From NCBI GenBank assembly GCA_964649615.1, contig CAZYPW010000004.1:9153-73152 (forward strand): a stretch of 64,000 nucleotides of DNA, written 5' to 3'. Below the pieces are notes generated by a model that searched no databases, had not been told where the DNA came from, and saw nothing but the letters and a program-made list of their open reading frames with translations. The stretch comes from an uncultured Gammaproteobacteria bacterium (GTDB lineage Bacteria; Patescibacteriota; Microgenomatia; Daviesbacterales; UBA10151). Shown one piece after another: positions 30,037 to 39,449 of the stretch. The translations under genes were made by a program, and so were the position numbers. Every line of letters starts with the position of its first letter. Position 1 is the stretch's first letter.

Positions 30037-31209
30037 TTAATCCTTGGGCTTTGGAATATAGTACTTTTTACCTTTAAGTTTTTCTGGTAGTAAATCTTTT
30101 TTGGTATATTTGTCATAACCTTTTCCATAATCTAAATCTTCCATCAGTTTAGTCGGAGCATTTCTTAAATTCATTGGTATAGGTAAATTACCTAATTGCT
30201 GGACGTCTTGCAAAGCTTTAAAATATGCCTCATATGAAGATCTATCTTTTCTGGCCAGTGTTAAATATACCACCCCATGTGCTAAGTTAATCTGGCATTC
30301 CGGATAGCCAATTGTTTCACAAGCCCTAAAAACTTCATTGGCCACTACTAAAGCAGTAGGTTGAGCCTGACCAATATCTTCTGAGGCAAATATAACCATT
30401 CTGCGGGCAATAAATAAAGGGTCTTCTCCGGCAGAAACCATGCGGGCCAGATAATACAGCGCACTGTCCGCATTTGAGGCCCTCATGGATTTTATAAAAG
30501 CGGAAATTGTATTATAATGTTCCTCACCGGCTTTATCATACATTAATGCTTTTTTCTGAAATGCCTCTTCAATTTCCTTAACAGAAATTTTTTTATTCAG
30601 ACCGGCAGCAATCTCCAAAGTATTTAGCAGCACCCTGGCATCTCCACCTGAAAGTTCCATTAATAAGTCCTTACTTTTTTTATCTATTTTTACCCCTAAC
30701 TCTTTTAAACCCCTTTTGATAATTTCTGATAAATCAGCTGTGGACAGCGGCTCTAAAACCAATACCCTGGATCTGGAAAGTAAAGGGCTGATTATTTCAA
30801 AGGACGGATTTTCTGTGGTAGCGCCGATCAGGATAATTTGGCCTGTTTCAACCAGCGGCAAAAAAGCATCCTGTTGGGCTTTATTAAATCTGTGGATTTC
30901 ATCTATGAAAACAATGGGCGGAGGCAGCAGACTATTTTGACGGGAGGATTTAACATTATCAATAATTTTCTTTATATCGGCAATACCTGTATTTACTGCC
31001 GAAAACTCTAAAAATTCAGATTTAGTCTCGATAGCAATAATCCTGGCAATGGTTGTTTTACCAACTCCCGGAGGTCCCCATAGAACCATAGAAAAAATCT
31101 TTTTGTTCTTAAGCGATTGAAAAAGTAATTTATCTTCTGAGAGTAAATGCCTTTGTCCAACAAAGTCTTCTAAAGTCTTAGGCCTTAACCGGTCTGCAAG
31201 TGGAATCAT
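30037..31209 (-). CDS. rarA: replication-associated recombination protein A (AAA+ ATPase RarA/MgsA)
   Basis: LADRLRPKTLEDFVGQ, Walker A GPPGVGKTT, Walker B FIDEIHRF and C-terminal MgsA domains. Confidence 0.85.
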   Translation of the reverse strand: MIPLADRLRPKTLEDFVGQRHLLSEDKLLFQSLKNKKIFSMVLWGPPGVGKTTIARIIAIETKSEFLEFSAVNTGIADIKKIIDNVKSSRQNSLLPPPIVFIDEIHRFNKAQQDAFLPLVETGQIILIGATTENPSFEIISPLLSRSRVLVLEPLSTADLSEIIKRGLKELGVKIDKKSKDLLMELSGGDARVLLNTLEIAAGLNKKISVKEIEEAFQKKALMYDKAGEEHYNTISAFIKSMRASNADSALYYLARMVSAGEDPLFIARRMVIFASEDIGQAQPTALVVANEVFRACETIGYPECQINLAHGVVYLTLARKDRSSYEAYFKALQDVQQLGNLPIPMNLRNAPTKLMEDLDYGKGYDKYTKKDLLPEKLKGKKYYIPKPKD

Positions 31210-32564
31210 TGTCTAAGCCTTGGACCTTCTGGAGTATCTTCAACTTCATATCCTAATTTTTTAATTTTATCTCTTAATTCATCAGACTCTTTAAAGTCTC
31301 CTGATTTTCTGGCTGTCTCTCTAAGATTTACAAGCTTCATCACTTGATTAGGAACCTCAAGTGGTTGACCCAAATATTTATCTAAGTTTAACCCCAAAAT
31401 TTTATCCATCTCCAGCAGTACTTTTGCTTTTAAAGATGTAGGCTCATCACTGTGTACCATTTCCCAAAGCACCCCAACAGCTTGTGGTATATTTAGGTCA
31501 TTATTAGCAGCCTTAAGGAATCTCTGCCAAAATGGGTCATTCTGTAGATTACCTTGATTTGACAAACTAATCTCGCTATCCCAACCTCTAATTTGCTCCC
31601 TTAGGTTGTTTAAAGCGTTCTGTGCAGCAATTAAAGACTGCCAAGTAAAATTTAACTTATCTCTGTAATGTGCTGTTAGACATAAGTATCTGAAACTTAT
31701 GGGATCCAGATCTTTATTTTCCAAATCCCGTAGTCTGTAAAAATTTCCTGCTGACTTGGCCATCTTTTGATCCTGTACTAAAAGATGTTCTCCTTCGACA
31801 AAAAAGTTAACAAATTTTTTGCCAGTTTTTCCTTCAGACTGGGCAATTTCGTTTTCATGATGAGGAAATAGTAAATCTATCCCTCCTGCATGTATATCAA
31901 AGGTCCCACCTAGATATTCCTGGCTCATCACCGAACATTCAATATGCCAACCGGGTCTTCCTTTCCCCCAAGGGGAATCATATCCAACCTCGTCCGTCTC
32001 AACTGCTTTCCACAGTGCAAAATCAGATACATCATCTTTACTATATTCATCTGCCTTTACTCTAACACCAATTTTAAGTTCTCTATTTTCTAACCCGGAT
32101 AATTTGCCATAACTTTTAAACTTGGAAATATCAAAATATACTGATCCGTCTTTCTCAACATAAGCCAAGCCTTTTTTTATTAACTCTTCTATATATTTAA
32201 TCATCTTGCCAATATGTTCTGTAGCCTTAGGATAAACACTGGCAGATTTTATATTTAGTTTCTTAAGATCTTCAAAAAAGGCTTTTTCATAAGGAGCTGA
32301 AAACTGACCTATCTCCTCACCTCTCTCCTTTGCCCCTTTAATGATCTTGTCATCAATATCCGTAATATTCATTACTCTTTTGACCTCATATACATTACTT
32401 TCCAAAACTCTTTGCAAGATATCTTCAAAAATAAAAGTTCGCAAGTTACCAATATGGACAAAGTCATAAGCGGTGGGTCCACAGCTATAATAGCCAACCT
32501 GGGGTAGATTCAATGGAGTGAATTCATCTATTGTGCGTGTTAAATAATTATAAAGTTTTAACAT
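31206..32564 (-). CDS. cysS: cysteinyl-tRNA synthetase
   Basis: Class I HIGN (CGPTAYDFVHIGNLRTF) and KMAKSAGN (KMSKS) motifs. Zinc-binding Cys at the N-terminus. Confidence 0.9.
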   Translation of the reverse strand: MLKLYNYLTRTIDEFTPLNLPQVGYYSCGPTAYDFVHIGNLRTFIFEDILQRVLESNVYEVKRVMNITDIDDKIIKGAKERGEEIGQFSAPYEKAFFEDLKKLNIKSASVYPKATEHIGKMIKYIEELIKKGLAYVEKDGSVYFDISKFKSYGKLSGLENRELKIGVRVKADEYSKDDVSDFALWKAVETDEVGYDSPWGKGRPGWHIECSVMSQEYLGGTFDIHAGGIDLLFPHHENEIAQSEGKTGKKFVNFFVEGEHLLVQDQKMAKSAGNFYRLRDLENKDLDPISFRYLCLTAHYRDKLNFTWQSLIAAQNALNNLREQIRGWDSEISLSNQGNLQNDPFWQRFLKAANNDLNIPQAVGVLWEMVHSDEPTSLKAKVLLEMDKILGLNLDKYLGQPLEVPNQVMKLVNLRETARKSGDFKESDELRDKIKKLGYEVEDTPEGPRLRQ

Positions 32565-33013
32565 TACCCGCCGACTCCTCTTTTAAACTCCACCTTACCG
32601 GCATAAGCAACTGCCGGATTAACAGGCTGTTTCTTCTTTTCTTCTTTTTTCATCTCTGTTGTCTGTTTTTCCTGCTGCTCGGTTTGTAGTCTTCTCTGCT
32701 CTTTCTGCTTGTTTTCCTTCCTGACTTTTTGTTGTTCTGCTTCTAAATTTTTAAGCCAACCTCTGGTGTAAACAAGTTGTTTTTGTCTGTCTAGTTCTCT
32801 TTTTTGATCCTCTTGTTGCTTTTGTTGAACTTGTTGGGGAGTAGGTTGAGTGCCAACAACAGATTGTACTCCCTGTTCGATTGCCTCACCCACTGAGTCT
32901 TTGGCATCCTTGGTTACTTCTGCTACTGCCCCTTTCATCTCTCCTGCAAATTGTTTAACTCCACCCCCAGAATCAGACATGGATATAGTATAAAGTAAAA
33001 ACTCAAAAGTCAA
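32564..33013 (-). CDS. hypothetical low-complexity Gln/Lys/Glu-rich protein
   Basis: 149-aa ORF whose stop abuts the cysS start. Likely true start is internal (MSDSGGG...). No domain recognised. Confidence 0.35.
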   Translation of the reverse strand: MTFEFLLYTISMSDSGGGVKQFAGEMKGAVAEVTKDAKDSVGEAIEQGVQSVVGTQPTPQQVQQKQQEDQKRELDRQKQLVYTRGWLKNLEAEQQKVRKENKQKEQRRLQTEQQEKQTTEMKKEEKKKQPVNPAVAYAGKVEFKRGVGG

Positions 33014-33090
33014 AAGTGTTGTTGTTTTCTTTGAAAACTTTTAATTTTTGAATTGTAATTTTGAATTTTGCATTTTGACTTTTGAATTAT
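32990..33090. repeat. AT-rich intergenic repeat with (CAAAAGT)/(TTTTGA) tandem units, related to 44680-44777
   Basis: aaaactcaaaagtcaaaagt ... ttttgaattttgcattttgacttttgaatt. Both ends match the spacer upstream of frr at 44680-44777. Confidence 0.4.
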
Positions 33091-33091
33091 C

Positions 33092-33688
33092 TTAATATTC
33101 TTTTCTGCCTTCCAATGCCCGAGATAAAGTTGTTTCATCAGCATATTCTATATCTGATCCAACAGGCAATCCCCTGGCAATACGGGTTACTTTAATTCCC
33201 AAGGGAAAAATTAATCTTTGTATATACATTGCTGTGGCTTCACCTTCCATAGTAGGATTAGTGGCTAAAATTAATTCTGTTACTTTTCCATCCTTCAATC
33301 TTGGTAATAGTTCCCTAATATGCAATTCATCCGGTCCGATATTTTCCAAAGGAGAAATAACTCCATGCAGGACATGGTAAAATCCGCTAAATTTAGCTTT
33401 TTCTAAGGCCAAAACGTCCAGCGGATTTTCTACCACCATAATTATAGATTGATCACGAGAAGAATCCTCACAGATATCACAGGGATTTTCTTCTCCAATA
33501 TTAAAACAAGTCGTGCAGATAACTATTTTATCTTTCATCTCTAAGGCTGCTTTTGCTAACATTTGCGATTGTTCAACTGGCGCATGAAGTAAATAAAAGG
33601 TCAATCTTTCTGCGGTCTTGGGACCAATGCCCGGAAGCCGTTCAAAGGCCTCAATTAAATTTTGGATAGGTTTGGGAACTCGAGCCAT
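33092..33688 (-). CDS. recR: recombination protein RecR
   Basis: LPGIGPKTAERL helix-hairpin-helix, C4 zinc finger (CTTCFNIGEENPCDIC) and Toprim domain. Confidence 0.9.
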   Translation of the reverse strand: MARVPKPIQNLIEAFERLPGIGPKTAERLTFYLLHAPVEQSQMLAKAALEMKDKIVICTTCFNIGEENPCDICEDSSRDQSIIMVVENPLDVLALEKAKFSGFYHVLHGVISPLENIGPDELHIRELLPRLKDGKVTELILATNPTMEGEATAMYIQRLIFPLGIKVTRIARGLPVGSDIEYADETTLSRALEGRKEY

Positions 33689-33729
33689 GGTTGATAGTAT
33701 ATTGTATAGAGTATAAAGTATAAAGCAAG

Positions 33730-33858
33730 ATGGTTGACAAAATTAGAACATTCACAGATCTAATAGCTTGGAAGGAAGCCCACAAATTGGCAATAATAAT
33801 CTACAATTCAACTGAAAAATTCCCTCTAAGTGAAAGGCAGCAAATCAAACTATCTTAG
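33730..33858 (+). pseudogene. truncated remnant of a four-helix-bundle (23S rRNA IVS-type, TIGR02436-like) protein gene
   Basis: The 42-codon ORF MVDKIRTFTDLIAWKEAHKLAIIIYNSTEKFPLSERQQIKLS matches the N-terminal consensus (F.DL.AWQKAH.L...IY..T.KFP..E) and then terminates. Flanked by inverted repeats agtataaagtata (33710-33722) and tatactttatact (33928-33940). Confidence 0.5.
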
Positions 33859-33943
33859 TGGATAAATTATTGATGGGTTTAATTAAATCTCTGAGAAGTA
33901 AAAATTAATATTATATACTACATACCCTATACTTTATACTTTG

Positions 33944-34222
33944 CTAAATTCCTGGGATACCCATACCACCCATCATGGGTTTCATTTCATCAGCTGCTAC
34001 TTTTTGTGATTGTTTAAGTGCTTCATTAACAGCTTCAGTAATTTTTTCAAAGTCTGACTCACCAGATATTGAAACTACTTTTTGGTCTGCTGTCATCACC
34101 ACAATTACACCTCTGTGTTCTACAGTAATTTTAATTCCTGCTAATTTTTTCTGTATTTCCATTGCCTGGTCTCTCATCTTTTTAAGATCCCCTAGTTGTT
34201 TTAAATTATCCATGAAACCCAT
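33944..34222 (-). CDS. ybaB: nucleoid-associated protein YbaB/EbfC
   Basis: 92 aa. MGFMDNLKQLGDLKKMRDQAMEIQKKL...MMGGMGIPGI is typical of the YbaB family. Sits in the conserved dnaX-ybaB-recR neighbourhood. Confidence 0.85.
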   Translation of the reverse strand: MGFMDNLKQLGDLKKMRDQAMEIQKKLAGIKITVEHRGVIVVMTADQKVVSISGESDFEKITEAVNEALKQSQKVAADEMKPMMGGMGIPGI

Positions 34223-34223
34223 A

Positions 34224-35066
34224 TTATTTTCCTGCTTTCTTCGCTGATTCTACCACATTTTTTAATAGAGACACAATTGTTAAAGGGCCTATCCCCCCAA
34301 CTGTTGGGCAATATAATTTGGCAATTTTAGAAACTTCTTCTTCTTTAATATCCCCATAAATTTGCATCTTTCCATTTATTATTTCCTTTCCAACTCCCAC
34401 TCCCACCACATATGCTCCTTTTTTTAAATTAGATTTATTAACAATATTTTTAACTCCGGTAGCAGAGATAACTACATCTCCTTTTTTAATAATTGAATTT
34501 GGGTTTTTAGTATCTTTAACTACCACCGCAACTTTAAACCCTTTTTTTACTAAAAGTTTAAGAGTTGGCCCGCCTGCTGCTTTACCCTTACCTATCAAGA
34601 CTATTTTTTTATTTTTTAAAAAAGCTGCTGTTTTTTTAAAGCCTTCCAGTAAAGAAAAAGCTGTGAGCATTTCCCATACCCCTAAAGCTGTTGCTCCGGA
34701 AAATGGTGAGCCAGGCAAAAATCCATCCACATCTTTTTGAGGATCTACTTTTGTCACCAATTCATCAAAATTCCAACCTTCGTACACCGGATATTGAATG
34801 ATTACCCCATGAACTTTTTTATCTTTGTTTAGTCTTTCAAGTATTTTCAAAACTTCATTAAATTGATTTTTTGAGAATTCAAAGAGCCTGGCATTAATGC
34901 CAATTCTTTTGGCAGTTTTTATTTTGTTTTGAACATAAATTCTTGATGATGGATCATTTCCTGCCAAAATTATGGCCAGAGCAGGGTGAATATTTTTTCC
35001 TTGAATATCTTTTTCTAATTTTTTAAGAATTGCTTCTGCTACATCCTTCCCAGATACTTTTGCCAT
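34224..35066 (-). CDS. folD: bifunctional methylenetetrahydrofolate dehydrogenase/cyclohydrolase FolD
   Basis: KDVDGF and CPTVGGIGPLTIVSLL motifs. ~280 aa. Confidence 0.8.
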   Translation of the reverse strand: MAKVSGKDVAEAILKKLEKDIQGKNIHPALAIILAGNDPSSRIYVQNKIKTAKRIGINARLFEFSKNQFNEVLKILERLNKDKKVHGVIIQYPVYEGWNFDELVTKVDPQKDVDGFLPGSPFSGATALGVWEMLTAFSLLEGFKKTAAFLKNKKIVLIGKGKAAGGPTLKLLVKKGFKVAVVVKDTKNPNSIIKKGDVVISATGVKNIVNKSNLKKGAYVVGVGVGKEIINGKMQIYGDIKEEEVSKIAKLYCPTVGGIGPLTIVSLLKNVVESAKKAGK

Positions 35067-35069
35067 AGC

Positions 35070-36359
35070 TCATTGTATACCAAGGACAGGGAATTTTCCA
35101 GCAAAGGTTTCTACTTCTTTTCTTATTTGCTTTAAGTTTTTATTTTGCTTTAATTTTGCTTTAGCTTCTTTTAAGAAATCTTTTCTTTTATCCTGTTCTT
35201 TCGGAAGGTCTAAACCTCTTATTTCCTCAAGTGCTCTTTTAATCCAACCGGCAATTTTAATCATATCTTTTTCTTTCATACCTCTAGTTGTTAAAGCAGG
35301 TGTACCTAACCTTATACCAGATGGGTAAAAAGGAGATGTCGGTTCCCCCGGAATTGTGTTTTTATTAACAGTTATCCCTGCTTCCTCCAAGGCATACTGG
35401 GCCTGATATCCTAAACCATATCCATATTTGGTCAAAGATAAAAGTACTAAATGTGTTTCAGAAACTGTTCCTAATTCTTTTGCCAAAATAGCTGCATTTT
35501 TAGCAATTTGTTTTCCATAAGTTTTAAAGGAAGGTTTTAAAGCTTCTTCCAAAGATACTGCTATTGCTGCTGTCTGGTGATTATGCGGACCACCCTGTGT
35601 TCCGGGAATTATAGCTTTTTCTATTTTAGATTTTATATCAGGATCTTTTTTTAAGCCTCTATCTGTAACCAAAATCATCGCTCCTCTTGGACCACGCAGA
35701 GTTTTATGAGTGGTGGTCATAATAATATCCACATAATCAACTGGTGATTGGTGCACTCCTGCAATAATCAATCCCGTGATATGAGAACAATCTGCCACTA
35801 AAGTCGCACCAGTCATATCAGCGATTTTTCTAAACTTTTTATAATCCAGCTTATATGGGTAAGCTGTTGTTCCAGCCCAAATTAATTTTGGTTTATGCTT
35901 TAAAGCTAGCGTTTCCAATTCTTCAAAGTCTATCTTCCAATCTTTACCCACATTATAGTTAACTGCTTTATAAAAAATAGAAGAAAAACTCAAATTCGCC
36001 CCGTGAGTTAAATGTCCACCAGATGCTATAGAAAGCCCCATCACAACATCCCCGGGATTACAAACAGCCATTGTAATCTCTAAGTTGGCTGGAGAACCAG
36101 AATAAGGTTGGACAAAAGCCAAAGGCACACCAAATAACCTTTTAGCTAAATCTATAGCATAATTTTCTATCTTGTCTATAACTTCATTACCGCCATAATA
36201 TCTTCTACCTGGAAAACCTTCTGAATATTTGTTGGTAAGTATTGAACCAAGAGCCGCTAGTACGTCCTCTGATACATAATTTTCAGATGGGATCATCTCC
36301 AATCCGTACTTTTGTCTATATGCTTCTTCTTTAATTAATTTAAAGACTTTTGATACCAT
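35070..36359 (-). CDS. glyA: serine hydroxymethyltransferase
   Basis: LEMIPSENYVS motif and PLP-lysine motif TTTHKTLRGPRGAMI. Confidence 0.95.
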   Translation of the reverse strand: MVSKVFKLIKEEAYRQKYGLEMIPSENYVSEDVLAALGSILTNKYSEGFPGRRYYGGNEVIDKIENYAIDLAKRLFGVPLAFVQPYSGSPANLEITMAVCNPGDVVMGLSIASGGHLTHGANLSFSSIFYKAVNYNVGKDWKIDFEELETLALKHKPKLIWAGTTAYPYKLDYKKFRKIADMTGATLVADCSHITGLIIAGVHQSPVDYVDIIMTTTHKTLRGPRGAMILVTDRGLKKDPDIKSKIEKAIIPGTQGGPHNHQTAAIAVSLEEALKPSFKTYGKQIAKNAAILAKELGTVSETHLVLLSLTKYGYGLGYQAQYALEEAGITVNKNTIPGEPTSPFYPSGIRLGTPALTTRGMKEKDMIKIAGWIKRALEEIRGLDLPKEQDKRKDFLKEAKAKLKQNKNLKQIRKEVETFAGKFPVLGIQ

Positions 36360-36405
36360 GAAGGAGTTAATTGTTAACTAGAAGTAGTTAATTGTCAATA
36401 TGTTC

Positions 36406-38037
36406 TTAATTTACAGTATCAGAATTAAATATTTCTGCTGCAGCCCTAATTATTTCATCATCTGCTGCTACCTCTATATTGGCAATATCTTCTTCTCTGG
36501 CAGGATGAGTACCTAAAATAGTGGCCACTTTAATTTGCCTGGCTAAAATATCAGACAGTATGGATTCTAAAATTTCCCTATTTTTGGGGGCTTCCAGAAT
36601 TCTTTGGTGGAAAGAATAGGGAACCTCAATCACTACTGTGGTATCTGTACATTCAGAAATATTAATAGAACGAAGCAGCGCTTCAAGTGAAAAATTATAA
36701 GGCCTAATTGTTTCTAAAACAAAATTCCATTTCTCTTTAAGCTTTAAAATATCAGAAGAGGTAGAAATATTAAATTGGTTGTTGTCAGTTTTCTGTTCTC
36801 TGTTTTCTGTTTCTGGTTTTTCAGTTGTCTGTTTATTTGTTTCAGAAACTGATTCACTGGCAACTGATTGACTTTCACCTGACAACTGAGAACTGAGACC
36901 TGATAACTGACATACCTCCACCATTACCAATTCCAAAGGCAAACTTTGGATTGAGGTAAACTTTAATTTTTCTAAAGAAGTTTGCAAAAGGTCTAAAATT
37001 TTTATTAGATCTGCATTATTAAAATCCTTAGACAAACTTTCTAATTTAGAATAATTTTCTTCTGCATATTGAGGTTTAACTAAACTTTCACCCAAACCAT
37101 TTTTTATAAAAACTATATTTCTTAAAACATCCATTAAACTACTGGTAAAAATTTTTGCATCAATTCCTTTGGCAAAAATTTTATCTAAACTGATTAAAGC
37201 AGCTTTCATATCTTTTTTTGATAAATTATCTAAAAGCAAAAAAAGATCTTCTGTTTGCCCGCTTTTGAAAATTTCTGCTAAAACTTCCACAGTTTTCTTC
37301 CCTTCAACTGATGAAACCTGATCCAAAAATTTAATTCCATCTCTAAAACTGCCTTCTGCTTTTTTAGCTAAAAATTCCAATGCTTCTTTATTAATCTCCA
37401 ATTTTTCTTCTTTCACTACTTTACTTAAAGCCTCAATTAACTGCTCAGTTGTGGCTGGTTTAAAATCCAACCTTTGAACCCTAGAGAGAATTGTTTGGGG
37501 AACTTTTTGCACATCAGTAGTTGCTAAAATAAAAAGGGTGTGTGAGGGTGGCTCTTCCAAAGTTTTAAGCAGGGCATTAAAAGCCTCAGTGGTTAACATA
37601 TGCACCTCATCAATAATATAAACTTTTTTAGAAGCCTGCGTTGGTGCTAGTTTTATTTTTTCCCTAAGGGCTCTAATATCATCAATTCCTCTATTTGAGG
37701 CAGCATCTATTTCTATAAGGTCCAGATTACTGCCATCTGTGATGGACATACAGGTTTGACATTTATTGCATGGAATGTTATTAGTTTGTAGTTTGTAGTT
37801 CGTAGAATTATTGTTTTTACTACCAACTACCAACTCTGAACTCTGAACTAATTCACAATTAACCATTTTGGCTAAAATTCTGGCAGTAGAAGTTTTGCCT
37901 GTCCCCCTGGGGCCTACAAAAAGATAGGCATGGGATAATTTATTTGCCAAAAATGATGAAAATAAAAGTTTTTTAATAGCTTCCTGGCCAACTAGTTGAT
38001 CCAGAGTTTGGGGGCGGTATTTTAAATAAAATGCCAT
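36406..38037 (-). CDS. dnaX: DNA polymerase III subunit gamma/tau
   Basis: YRPQTLDQLVGQEAI, Walker A GPRGTGKTS, zinc module CNKCQTC and Walker B DEVHML. Carries two repetitive/palindromic in-frame insertions (see findings). Confidence 0.9.
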   Translation of the reverse strand: MAFYLKYRPQTLDQLVGQEAIKKLLFSSFLANKLSHAYLFVGPRGTGKTSTARILAKMVNCELVQSSELVVGSKNNNSTNYKLQTNNIPCNKCQTCMSITDGSNLDLIEIDAASNRGIDDIRALREKIKLAPTQASKKVYIIDEVHMLTTEAFNALLKTLEEPPSHTLFILATTDVQKVPQTILSRVQRLDFKPATTEQLIEALSKVVKEEKLEINKEALEFLAKKAEGSFRDGIKFLDQVSSVEGKKTVEVLAEIFKSGQTEDLFLLLDNLSKKDMKAALISLDKIFAKGIDAKIFTSSLMDVLRNIVFIKNGLGESLVKPQYAEENYSKLESLSKDFNNADLIKILDLLQTSLEKLKFTSIQSLPLELVMVEVCQLSGLSSQLSGESQSVASESVSETNKQTTEKPETENREQKTDNNQFNISTSSDILKLKEKWNFVLETIRPYNFSLEALLRSINISECTDTTVVIEVPYSFHQRILEAPKNREILESILSDILARQIKVATILGTHPAREEDIANIEVAADDEIIRAAAEIFNSDTVN

Positions 38038-38044
38038 ATTAAAA

Positions 38045-38458
38045 TTAATTATGGTGAATGCCTAAAAGATGGCTTAAACCATGTTCAACTAAAGTCTTAA
38101 TTTCTTCCTCAACAGAAATCCCATCCATTGAAGCATCCTCAATAGCCTGAGGACAAGAAATGACAATATCCCCTAACCTTAAAATTCTATCAGGGGAAGC
38201 CACAAAACCAATCCTGGGGATATGTTGTAAACTAACAGGATTAGGATCTTCTAGGGCAAAAGATAAAATATCTGTGGTGGAATCTAGTCCCCGGTATTTA
38301 CGGTTTAACTCATGCATCTTTCTATCTCCCACAATATTTATTCCCACCTCAACCTTGCCAGAAATTCTATGTTTTTGTAAAATCTCCAAAACTGTTAGCT
38401 TGATAGCGTTTTTATTGATGTTATATCTTGGATCAGAATTTACTATTATATTTATCAT
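38045..38458 (-). CDS. ybeY: rRNA maturation endoribonuclease YbeY
   Basis: HGLSHLLGIHH matches the H-x-x-x-H-x-x-x-x-x-H metal-binding motif. Confidence 0.85.
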   Translation of the reverse strand: MINIIVNSDPRYNINKNAIKLTVLEILQKHRISGKVEVGINIVGDRKMHELNRKYRGLDSTTDILSFALEDPNPVSLQHIPRIGFVASPDRILRLGDIVISCPQAIEDASMDGISVEEEIKTLVEHGLSHLLGIHHN

Positions 38459-38895
38459 TGTAATAATTTCTCTTTCACTATAGCGCTAACAGTAGCACCA
38501 TCTGCTCTGCCTGCTGCCTTACCCATCACTACACTCATTACTTTACCCATATCAGCAATGCTTTTGGCTCCTAATTCATTTATAGAGCTTTCTACTATTT
38601 TAGTCAATTCCTCAAATGATAATGCTTGGGGCAAATACTCTTCTAATATTTTAGCCTCAGATTCTTCTTTACTGGCTAATTCTTCTCTGCCCCCTGCTCT
38701 AAAAGACTCTCTTGCCTCTTTTCTTTTTTTAACCTCTTTTTGAATGATGGAAATTATTTCCTGATCAACCAAAGGAGTACTTTTAGCTATTTCCCCATTT
38801 TTAATTTCAGACAAAAGCAGCCTTAAGGTGGAAACTTTTACTTCATCTCGAGCTAATTGTGCCTCTTTTAGGTCAGTTTGTAGTTTAGAAAGCAT
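38455..38895 (-). CDS. yqeY: GatB/YqeY domain protein
   Basis: MLSKLQTDLKEAQLARDEVKVSTLRLLLSEIKN is typical of YqeY. Confidence 0.75.
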   Translation of the reverse strand: MLSKLQTDLKEAQLARDEVKVSTLRLLLSEIKNGEIAKSTPLVDQEIISIIQKEVKKRKEARESFRAGGREELASKEESEAKILEEYLPQALSFEELTKIVESSINELGAKSIADMGKVMSVVMGKAAGRADGATVSAIVKEKLLQ

Positions 38896-38897
38896 AT

Positions 38898-39095
38898 TTA
38901 CCCATTTAATCTTTTGGCCCTCATTATTTTTCTGCGCTTTTCAGCCAAATATTCTTGCCTTAGCTCTGATCTTTTCTTATGGTATGAGCGGTCCCTGATC
39001 TCTTGCACCCAGCCTTCTGCTACCACCCTTCTTTGAAATTTTTTAATCACTGAATCTGTTGAATCACCAGGCCCAGCTTTTACTATAATACTCAA
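38898..39095 (-). CDS. rpsU: 30S ribosomal protein S21
   Basis: 65 aa, basic. KFQRRVVAEGWVQEIRDRSYHKKRSELRQ is typical of S21. Confidence 0.85.
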   Translation of the reverse strand: MSIIVKAGPGDSTDSVIKKFQRRVVAEGWVQEIRDRSYHKKRSELRQEYLAEKRRKIMRAKRLNG

Positions 39096-39116
39096 AAAAA
39101 CACCTCCTTTTAATTT

Positions 39117-39449
39117 TTAAACTTGTTTTTTCCATTGTCCACCTAACAAATGAAAATGTAAATGGGGTACATGCTGTGCTTTACCGCCATTTACTACTAC
39201 CCTGTAAAGATTTTCTTTCAAATTATACTCTGAAACTAATTTTTTTGCCACTTGAAAAATCTCTACCAAAAGTTGACCATGATCTTTTTCTAAATTACTA
39301 AATGCAGGAATATGCATTTTGGGAACTATCACCAAGTGTATATCTGCTGCTGGGTTAATGTCTGGAAAAACTATTAAACTTTCTGATTCAAAGCTAAATT
39401 CCTTTGGTATTTCTTTATTGATAATTTTACAAAAAATACAATCACTCAT
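39117..39449 (-). CDS. HIT-family nucleotide hydrolase
   Basis: Histidine triad HLHFHLLGG near the C-terminus. N-terminal CIFCKI. Confidence 0.85.
   Translation of the reverse strand: MSDCIFCKIINKEIPKEFSFESESLIVFPDINPAADIHLVIVPKMHIPAFSNLEKDHGQLLVEIFQVAKKLVSEYNLKENLYRVVVNGGKAQHVPHLHFHLLGGQWKKQV

Noticed and set aside
32990-33090. AT-rich spacers with short tandem units considered as CRISPR arrays.
   Set aside because: Repeat units are 6-7 nt with no regular 25-40-nt repeat/spacer periodicity, and no cas genes are nearby.
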